A stretch of DNA of 64,000 nucleotides from a virus (taxonomy: Duplodnaviria; Caudoviricetes). The DNA is taken from IMG/VR virus record IMGVR_UViG_2706795030_000004, positions 12,955 through 76,954 of that record; one strand, given 5' to 3'. Every line of letters starts with the position of its first letter. The first letter of the stretch is position 1. Both the position numbers and the translations under genes were made by a program. Positions 49,526-57,237 of the stretch are shown here, piece by piece. The notes beneath the pieces are model-generated. The model made no database searches, had not been told where the DNA came from, and worked only from the letters and a program-made list of their open reading frames with translations.

Positions 49526-49734
49526 TCGACGCTGACCACGTCCAGATCGAAATCTGGCCTCCCCGCCCGAAGGGAGGCCAGCACGCTGGCCCTGGCCCGT
49601 CTGGGGTCAAAGTCACCCACACCCTGAGCGGCATCACGGCCTGCGTCGACATCGGCCGCTCTCAATTTGATAATAGATCGATTGCGATGGACATGATCCT
49701 GAGCGCGATCACGCATCCGAGGTTCAGATTATGA
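49522..49734 (+). CDS. Minimal class-I release-factor (GGQ) domain protein
   Basis: KGGQHAGPGPSGVKVTHTLSGITACVDIGRSQFDNRSIAMDMI aligns by eye with the RF GGQ-domain consensus. Confidence 0.75.
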   Translation: MIDADHVQIEIWPPRPKGGQHAGPGPSGVKVTHTLSGITACVDIGRSQFDNRSIAMDMILSAITHPRFRL

Positions 49735-51301
49735 ATATTACCCCTGAAATGTTTCGTGCCTACGTAAATCGCATCGACGACGATGAACTGGCGGACTTTA
49801 TCGACGCGATTAATGGCGAGATCAAATTGCTGGAGCAGGACGACTTCTTCGGCACCGAGGGCTTCGAGAAGCGGTTCGCATGAGCGTCCTCGACCCCGAA
49901 ATCGACAAGCTGACCAACTGCTGGATACCGAACCTACCCAAGGCCCACGAGAAGAGCGTGGTCCTGGGCTCGGCTCGGGTCCTTTATCCGGTGGCCGACC
50001 CCGAGCAGACCGCAGCAATATTGGCCGAACACATCCTCGAAGTCGCTCGGCGCGCCTACCAGCAGGGCAGGCGCGCTGCGAAGGAGGAAATCAGAAAGGC
50101 CCTTTTCAATGGGCAACACCTTTGAGGTCCGCGGATGGACCGGCACCGAGTACGCGGAACTGTATCTCGGCGAGAGCTTGCTCCTCGCCCTTTGCGTTGC
50201 CCTGCGAGCGCGCCGGCACTACGGCTGTGTCAAATTGGAGATGCGTCAATGAAATGGCTTGCGGGACTAATCCGGCGGTTAGCAGAGCCTGCGCCGTCGG
50301 TAAAATTCATCTCCTGGTATCAGGAGCCGAGGGCATATCGACCTCGCACCTTCCTCTGCTACAACGAGGGAAGTGACCACAGCCCCTCAATGCGCGGCTA
50401 CTGGTATTCACCGGATCAAGGCTTGGCCAAGCGCTTCGACACGCGCGAGGAAGCTGAGGCCGTAACGCCCTGTTACGACGGCAGTGGCGGCATCGAAAAG
50501 CGAACCGGCGTGATGGCAGTTTATAGCTGATGAGCGTCGTCACAGGCGTTTGCCTGTTCACCGGACCCGCCGAGGACCCGCGCTTGATCAAAGCCGTGAC
50601 CGATTGGCTCGCCAAGAGGAATTTTGGGCCTCTGAAGGATGTCGCGGATCATGGCGGGGGCACCAAGCATCCGCAACGGCGCGAATACAGCGCCGGCTAC
50701 AACTACTTTGTCAATCCGGCCGAGTTTGCGGAATTTGTCCTCGGTTTGGAATGGGACTGGCCGGAGAATGTCGTGCTAATTACCCAGCCGGAGCACGGCC
50801 GGATGAGCGTGTGGAGACGGACATGACCCACCCCAAAGTGCTGGCGATGGCGCGGGAGATTGCCGCGAACGAGCACGGCGTCGAGGCGCTGCGAGAGGCC
50901 TATCTCGACGGGACGCGAGACGATCAGCGCGAGGTTCGTGTCGCGATCGTCGCGATCGAACGCACCACCGAGCTCGCCGAAGATTGGCTACGCCACGACC
51001 TCGACGAGTGGTCCGACTATGTCACACCTGCCGATCTCGCCGACGCCATTGCCGATTTTCCGCATCTCTTTGAGGTGAAGAAACCATGACCGTTGAAGTG
51101 GCGACAATCGCCCAAGGACTGAGCCACATCGAGAAGGCGTTCCTACGCCGTGTCTGCGACGGCCAGCCCCTCGCCCTCGCCAATCGCGTCGAGGACCGCG
51201 CCCGCCAGCGCTTGCGCAAGCTCGGTCTGGTCCATGTCGTCAAGAACCCCCGGCGTTGGGAGGCCCTGCCGCTCGGCGTTGAGGTTCGGGGTGCCCTTTA
51301 A
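49731..51301 (+). other. Small hypothetical ORFs (49731-49883, 49880-50125, 50249-50530, 50530-50826, 50823-51089, 51086-51301)
   Basis: Coupled ORFs. Confidence 0.55.
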
Positions 51302-51374
51302 GAAGTGAATAAGTCGCACAGCGACTTCCAATAACTGGCGCGACGACGAATCCCCGCCCCCCTAATTGGGCTGG

Positions 51375-51914
51375 ATGACCATTCAACTATCCGACGGCAT
51401 CGCGCTTCTATCGGGCGTCATGTTCGACTACGCCCGCCCAAGCAATACCTCGTTCGCTATCGAGGATATTGCCCGGCCCCTCGCAAACAACTGTCGCTTT
51501 GCTGGGCACCTGCCCTGGCACTACTCGATTGCGCAGCACGCTGTAAACGTGAGCATGCTCGTGCCGAGGGAGCTCGCTTTCACCGGGCTCTTTCACGACA
51601 CATCCGAGGCGCTCACTAACGACATCACCACCCCGCTGAAGCAGGTGATCCCCGGCTTCAAGGACCTCGAAGTCTCGATCGAGACGGAGATGGCGCGGCA
51701 GTTCGGCTTTCAGTTCCCACTGCCGCCGGAGGTCAAATACGCCGACCTCCAGATGCTCAAGGTCGAGAAGGAACTGATCAAGCAGGACTTCTCGGACTGG
51801 GAGGTTCTCCACGGCGTGGAGGACCCGCGCCTCGATGACCTGTGTCTCGACCCCCTCAACCCCGACCAAGCCTATCAACTTTTCATGGAGCGCTTTTATG
51901 AACTCGCGGCTTAA
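51375..51914 (+). CDS. HD-domain phosphohydrolase (YfbR-like)
   Basis: CRFAGH..YSIAQH..LFHDTSEA..DITTPLK. Confidence 0.85.
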   Translation: MTIQLSDGIALLSGVMFDYARPSNTSFAIEDIARPLANNCRFAGHLPWHYSIAQHAVNVSMLVPRELAFTGLFHDTSEALTNDITTPLKQVIPGFKDLEVSIETEMARQFGFQFPLPPEVKYADLQMLKVEKELIKQDFSDWEVLHGVEDPRLDDLCLDPLNPDQAYQLFMERFYELAA

Positions 51915-52422
51915 CGACCGTTGCGTCGAACTGCACACCGCCTCGGCCAATGCTGGCTGGTGGCCTGACGAAGTCACCCCGGAGCTGATCGCAACCAAGC
52001 TGATGCTCGTGGTCACCGAACTCTCGGAGGCCGATGAAGGCTTCTGCAGCGGTGACAAGGACCAGCATCTTCCCCACCTCGACAGCTTTCCCGTCGAGCT
52101 GGCCGACGCCCGCATCCGTATCTTTGACCTGTGCGGCAAGCTCGGCATTCCTGTCGGCGGCTTCTTTGCCGACCCCGGTTTCCCGACCTTCCGCATCATG
52201 GATGCCGTCAACTGCATCTCGAAGGCGATGGAAGGCCACCGAAAGAACGACCGCCAGAAGCTCGCCGAGGGCCTGGGCGAAGCCCTGTTCGTCATCGACA
52301 CTATCGCCGAAACGTATCGCTACGACATTGAGGGCATCACCGACCAGAAGCGCGACTACAACGCGCAGCGCGCCGACCACAAGCCCGAGGCCCGTGCCGC
52401 GGCGGGAGGGAAGAAGCTGTGA
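51898..52422 (+). CDS. MazG-like NTP pyrophosphohydrolase
   Basis: KLMLVVTELSEADEG...VELADARIRIFDL...KRDYNAQR. Confidence 0.8.
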   Translation: MNSRLNDRCVELHTASANAGWWPDEVTPELIATKLMLVVTELSEADEGFCSGDKDQHLPHLDSFPVELADARIRIFDLCGKLGIPVGGFFADPGFPTFRIMDAVNCISKAMEGHRKNDRQKLAEGLGEALFVIDTIAETYRYDIEGITDQKRDYNAQRADHKPEARAAAGGKKL

Positions 52423-52934
52423 TCGTCTTCGGCTCCCTGATCTTCTGGATCGCACTCGCCGTCAGTCTGATCGTGCCCGTCGGGGCACTCGGGTACGGCG
52501 CCGACCGCGACGAAGATATCCCGGTCTGGTTCGTTGCGCTGTGGCTGACCGCGCTCGCGGTGGCGGCGCATTTCTTTGTCGACAGCATTCCCCTCCCCGA
52601 CGTGTCGGGCCTCGTCGTTGCCGGCGGCATCGTCGTGTACCTCGCCATCGGGCTGGGCTGGGCCGCCCTTCGGTGGCGTGAAGAGATGATCGCGCTGAGC
52701 CGTGATCTGGCCGATCGAGGCCGCCTGACGCGAGACCAAATCCTTTCTCGGTACGGCTTCCATTCTGACCCGCCCTCACCGCGTGATCGCCAGCGGTGGA
52801 TCGGTTCGCGCATCGCCTACTGGCCCTTCTACCTGCTGGGCGAGTTCACGTCGATCTTCACTTGGGTCGGACAGGCGTTCGATTTCGTATTTCGCGCAAT
52901 CACGAAGAGGGTGTTCGAAAGTGCTGGAGTTTAG
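52419..52934 (+). CDS. Membrane protein
   Basis: Three hydrophobic segments; IAYWPF. Confidence 0.7.
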   Translation: MIVFGSLIFWIALAVSLIVPVGALGYGADRDEDIPVWFVALWLTALAVAAHFFVDSIPLPDVSGLVVAGGIVVYLAIGLGWAALRWREEMIALSRDLADRGRLTRDQILSRYGFHSDPPSPRDRQRWIGSRIAYWPFYLLGEFTSIFTWVGQAFDFVFRAITKRVFESAGV

Positions 52935-53103
52935 TCCCAACAACGGCGTCAGGGGCTGCTCCGGAAAGATCGCCTACCGAACCCATCCAGAGGCACTGAA
53001 GGCGATGACTCACACCTTGCGACGGCGGGGTAAGAGTCATCGCCTTCGGGCGTATCGTTGCCACGCGTGCGGCGCCTATCATTTGGGGAGGCCTCGTGGC
53101 TGA
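52921..53103 (+). CDS. Small Zn-finger-like basic protein
   Basis: CSGKIAY...RAYRCHACGAYHL. Confidence 0.55.
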   Translation: MLEFSPNNGVRGCSGKIAYRTHPEALKAMTHTLRRRGKSHRLRAYRCHACGAYHLGRPRG

Positions 53104-53719
53104 CTTTCAAAACGACAGAAGCCTACTAGACGCGCTGATCGAGTGCATCGAGAAGGACATTGATTCTTCAGAACTAGTTCAAAATTACCACGACCTACGT
53201 CGAGGCTACCGATTTACCCCCGACGGGCCGGAAATTCCGTTAACCCGCGGGTATTGGTCAAAGATTTCCCCCGAGGATCTTGAAGCAGTTGTTCAGCACA
53301 AGTGGTTTGCAGTCGGTGACGACACGCGAGCCCACCCGGTTACTGCGCGCGCCAAGATTGACGGCCGGGCGGTTCAGCTGGGCCGGTTTGTTCTCGGGCT
53401 CGGGGCAGGTGACCCGCTCATCGCCGACCATGTGAATTATGACACCTTGGATAATCGGAGATGCAACCTCCGGGCAGTTACGAAGACTGAGAGTGCGCAA
53501 CATCGGCGTGCTTGGTCGCGAAAACTCAAAGCCGGTCCCACCAGCAAGCATAAGGGCGTGTATTGGAGACCCGACAACGGTCTGTGGCGCGCGGTCATAA
53601 AGTTCCAAGGTCAGCCAATCAGCCTCGGCCAGTTTGCGGACGAGGATGACGCTGCTCGCGCCTACGACAGTGCCGCGAGAAGGTATCACGGACAATTCGC
53701 TGAGCTTAATTATGGCTGA
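53096..53719 (+). CDS. HNH homing endonuclease with AP2 domain
   Basis: ADHVNYDTLDNRRCNLR; SKHKGVY...WRAVI...LGQF.DEDDAARAYD. Confidence 0.9.
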   Translation: MADFQNDRSLLDALIECIEKDIDSSELVQNYHDLRRGYRFTPDGPEIPLTRGYWSKISPEDLEAVVQHKWFAVGDDTRAHPVTARAKIDGRAVQLGRFVLGLGAGDPLIADHVNYDTLDNRRCNLRAVTKTESAQHRRAWSRKLKAGPTSKHKGVYWRPDNGLWRAVIKFQGQPISLGQFADEDDAARAYDSAARRYHGQFAELNYG

Positions 53720-55190
53720 GCCGCCTTACACGCTCCGCCCTTATCAAGCATCTGATCTTGCGTTTCACATTGGGGCAAAGAAGTCGCTTAATTTGAGCGA
53801 CCCCGGAACAGGAAAAACTGGGGTGGTCTGCGTCCTCGCCTACTACCACTGGGCCAAGCACGGGCGGAAGACCTTGTGGGTCATGCCCAAGTCGCTGATG
53901 GAGAAGAACAAGGACGAGTTCGCCCTCTTCACCGCGTTCGACCCCGAGGACATCGCGATCCTCGAAAGCGACTTCGCGCCCCTGACCAAGGATTGGGTCG
54001 GTCCGACTTTTGTCCGGCAGAAACGGACAAAAGTGCCGACCGGTAAAGTCGGACCTGACGGTGAACCGCTTTTCAGCATCAAGTTCGTCGAAGAAGAAGC
54101 CAAGGATCTGATCGCCACCGTAGGCGACGCCAAGGTCTTTATCTGCACGTTCGCCTTTCTCCGCAACCACTGGCAGAGAATGCTCGATACCCATCCGGAG
54201 ATCGATCTACTGCTCGTGGACGAACTGCACATGGGCTATTCCAGTGCCAACAGCCAGCAGACAAAGAGCTTCTTCCATGTCATGAAGCGCTGTAGCCAGT
54301 TCTGTGGCATGACGGGCACGCTGATCGATGGGCGCCTCGACAGCGCCTTTCCGGCCATTCACGCGATCGAGCCTCGGTATTACGGGTCCTATCAGGGTTT
54401 TCTGGATTATCATGCTGCGTGGATCGACGACTACGGCAAAGTCCAATCGTGGCACAACTTCGACAAGCTGAAGGCCATCCTGGCGCGCCACTCCGTGCGC
54501 CACACCTTCGAGGAGGTCTATGGCGACGAGCCAGTCCATTTCGAGACCAAGGTCGTCGAGATGGGGCCGCAGTGCCGGGAGAAATATGACGAGTTCCACG
54601 AGCAGGCCATGCTCGAGCTCGAGAATATGGAAGTGCTCGACGGCACGCTCCCCGGCGTCAACCTAATCCGCGCCCAGCAAATCATGGGCCACCCCGAAAC
54701 CATGGGGCTGGCCAAGGGCGAGGTAACAGGCAAGGACAAGTACCTTGCCGCCCTAGCAACAGAGGGCCGGCCTATGCTGGTCTTCGCTCAACTCCAACCC
54801 GAGCAGGAACGGTGCGTCAAAGTCCTTGAGGAACAAGGACTGCGCGTCGGCCTGATCAACGCAAACGTCTCGGCGAAACAGCGAGCAAAGATCGACGCGG
54901 CATTCCGCGCGGGCGAGCTCGATGCGATCGTCGGGTCGGGTCCCACCGTCGCCGTAGGTTACAACTGGGAACGGGCGGACCTCGTGGTCTTCATCTCGAT
55001 CGACTACAAGGACGTCAATGTTCTGCAGGCCTACCGCCGTGCAAGTCGCGGCTCCCGTACGACACCCCTGCGTGTGATCTTCGTTCAGTACAAAGATAGC
55101 GTCGATCAGCGCAAATATCAGATCGTCAAGGTCAAGTCAGAAATGGCCAACCAGGTCGATCCAACCCGAAAAATCCTGGAAGTCGCATAG
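53712..55190 (+). CDS. SF2 (SNF2-like) helicase
   Basis: SDPGTGKT, LVDELH, MTGT, QAYRRASR. Confidence 0.9.
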   Translation: MAEPPYTLRPYQASDLAFHIGAKKSLNLSDPGTGKTGVVCVLAYYHWAKHGRKTLWVMPKSLMEKNKDEFALFTAFDPEDIAILESDFAPLTKDWVGPTFVRQKRTKVPTGKVGPDGEPLFSIKFVEEEAKDLIATVGDAKVFICTFAFLRNHWQRMLDTHPEIDLLLVDELHMGYSSANSQQTKSFFHVMKRCSQFCGMTGTLIDGRLDSAFPAIHAIEPRYYGSYQGFLDYHAAWIDDYGKVQSWHNFDKLKAILARHSVRHTFEEVYGDEPVHFETKVVEMGPQCREKYDEFHEQAMLELENMEVLDGTLPGVNLIRAQQIMGHPETMGLAKGEVTGKDKYLAALATEGRPMLVFAQLQPEQERCVKVLEEQGLRVGLINANVSAKQRAKIDAAFRAGELDAIVGSGPTVAVGYNWERADLVVFISIDYKDVNVLQAYRRASRGSRTTPLRVIFVQYKDSVDQRKYQIVKVKSEMANQVDPTRKILEVA

Positions 55191-55277
55191 CGACTTCTTC
55201 GTCTCAACAAGACCGACAGCCCGAGCGTCTCTAAGATTCTCGGGTTGGACTTTCCCAATGCTTAATTCGGAGTTCTT

Positions 55278-55955
55278 ATGAATACCGCACTTGATAATGT
55301 TATGGCTCAGGCCGAAGCAGCCGCAGCAGCACACCAGGTTCCGGACGTTCCGGCCTATCAGCCCCCCGCGCTCCAGCAGCCGGGTGGTGTCCCCGCCAAG
55401 CGGACGCTGCAGTCGGTGAACGATAACGCCGGCATCCTCGTGGAGACCTATCTGCTTCCGAAGACCGAAGGTCTGAAAATCGGCAGCGATATGAAGGGCC
55501 TTCTCGATGAAGTCGTCGGCATCATCGAAATGAGCGACGTCGTCGTGATCAGCCAGATCCGTGCCAACACGGGAGGCAACACGACCTTCGTGAAGAGCTA
55601 CGACGGCGTGACAACCGTGGGCGGCCAGAATTTCATGGCCGAACTCGCTCGTCTGCAGAAGACCAACGAAAAGGTCGATGGTCCCTACGACACCGTCGAA
55701 ATCCCCTTCGAACTGGCTGAAGACGTCAAGGACCCCAAGTCCTCGACCGTCTTCGAAGCCGGCCTTGAGATCGGCTACACGCCGTCCCTCACCGGGTACA
55801 AGGAGTTCCAGCGCTTCGTGAAGTCGCTGAACAAGAAGGACCCGGCGCTCCTCGAAGCTCGTCTGAAGGTGAAGTTCATTCACGAGAAGAAGACGAACTC
55901 GAACAACAACGAGTGGGGTGTTGTTCGCTTCGAGCTGCTCGAAGAGCTCGACTAA
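55278..55955 (+). CDS. Putative single-stranded DNA-binding / replication protein
   Basis: 225 aa between helicase and exonuclease, acidic end; positional inference. Confidence 0.45.
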   Translation: MNTALDNVMAQAEAAAAAHQVPDVPAYQPPALQQPGGVPAKRTLQSVNDNAGILVETYLLPKTEGLKIGSDMKGLLDEVVGIIEMSDVVVISQIRANTGGNTTFVKSYDGVTTVGGQNFMAELARLQKTNEKVDGPYDTVEIPFELAEDVKDPKSSTVFEAGLEIGYTPSLTGYKEFQRFVKSLNKKDPALLEARLKVKFIHEKKTNSNNNEWGVVRFELLEELD

Positions 55956-55960
55956 GCCTC

Positions 55961-56296
55961 ATGCAGGTGGCTTCCCCCCCCTCCCAGTCACCTGCTGACG
56001 GAAGGGCGCCCAGCTTGGGCGCCCTTCTTGTTAAAATCGCGAGTGCCTACTTCAACGTGGGCGATGAAAAGGATCTGTTTCGCAGCGGCCGCATGCCCTG
56101 TGTCTGCCGAGCTCGCTGGGCCGTCGCAATGGTCCTCTATAGCGATATCGGCTGGGGCAAGAAGCGGATCGCCAAGTTCCTGATCAAAGACAAGAAGGCG
56201 ATCCACCACGGGCTGAAACGCGCCCGGGCGCTCTACCAAACCGACCCCCAATTCTTCGCTGGCGTCGAGCTGTTGCGCAAAGAGGTTTTTCTGTGA
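55961..56296 (+). CDS. DnaA domain IV-like HTH protein
   Basis: IASAYFNV...R...RARWAVAMVL...RIAKFL.KDKKAIHHG resembles Bac_DnaA_C. Confidence 0.6.
   Translation: MQVASPPSQSPADGRAPSLGALLVKIASAYFNVGDEKDLFRSGRMPCVCRARWAVAMVLYSDIGWGKKRIAKFLIKDKKAIHHGLKRARALYQTDPQFFAGVELLRKEVFL
56001..56032 (+). terminator. Terminator-like hairpin
   Basis: 12-bp stem GAAGGGCGCCCA/TGGGCGCCCTTC then TTGTT; overlaps 5' part of next ORF. Confidence 0.6.
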
Positions 56297-57066
56297 TCCA
56301 TATCTATGACGGCAACAACGTGCGCCTCCGGGCCATGACGAAGCCCTCCCTCCCTGGCCAGAAACGACTGAGCCTCCGCCAGGAATACGAGCGGACGCGG
56401 GTCGGCACCCATATCTGGGTCTGGGACGGAGCCCGCCACAACGACCGCCGCAAGGCAATCTACCCCGGATACAAGGCCAAGCGCGAGCCGATGGCTGAGG
56501 ACCATTTTGCACAAATTCGGCTGTTCCGTGAGCTGCTGACCCTCAGCCCCGCGCTGCAATACTGCGTTGAGGAGTGGGAGGCGGATGACGTCGTCGCCAC
56601 ACTCGCGCGCAAACTAGCCGCGCGTGGCCTGCAGGTCACCTGCCACAGCAACGACATGGACTATCTCCAGCTCGAGGCCAATCCGCTCATCAAGATCGAG
56701 GGCGTTCGCGCCCGTGAGGTCCCGCCGCGGTGGGTGCCACTTTACAAGGCGCTCCGAGGTGATAATTCGGACAACATTGCAGGTATCCCCGGTTTCGGAC
56801 CCAAGACGTGGGAGCAGGCCGAGCCTTTCTGGCCCGACATCGAGGCGGGCATCAAGCTCGGCTCGGCTCACGCCTTCGCACATATCCCCCTCCCCTCCCG
56901 CGTCCAGGCATGGCTCGCCGAGCCGGGCAATCTTCAGACGCTCCAGAACATGCTCCTGATCACGCACATGTACGAGGTGCCCGCCGAGGACCTCGAGAAG
57001 GGCGCGATCCCGGGCAAATTCAATCCGCAGGCAGCCGACGAGCTGCTCAACAGGTATTTTCTTTGA
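56293..57066 (+). CDS. 5'-3' exonuclease / flap endonuclease
   Basis: YDGNN, VWDG, YPGYKAKR, EADDVVATL, SNDMD, LRGDNSDNIAGIPGFGPKT. Confidence 0.9.
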   Translation: MIHIYDGNNVRLRAMTKPSLPGQKRLSLRQEYERTRVGTHIWVWDGARHNDRRKAIYPGYKAKREPMAEDHFAQIRLFRELLTLSPALQYCVEEWEADDVVATLARKLAARGLQVTCHSNDMDYLQLEANPLIKIEGVRAREVPPRWVPLYKALRGDNSDNIAGIPGFGPKTWEQAEPFWPDIEAGIKLGSAHAFAHIPLPSRVQAWLAEPGNLQTLQNMLLITHMYEVPAEDLEKGAIPGKFNPQAADELLNRYFL

Positions 57067-57237
57067 ACAAATTCATCGAGTTGATCCGCGAAGAGATTCA
57101 CGCCGGCATCCCGGCGGAAGACGTGCTGAATTCCATCGCGGACGCCACCGTGCCGCTCATCACCACGGTCTCGGAACTATCCGAGCTCACTCCATCCCAA
57201 GTCATCGATTATTTCCAACACCGGCAGGACACAGAAC

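Noticed and set aside
51375-52422. Z-genome (PurZ/DatZ/MazZ) pathway
   Set aside because: No PurZ/adenylosuccinate-synthetase homolog in the window; HD and MazG genes are common in ordinary phages
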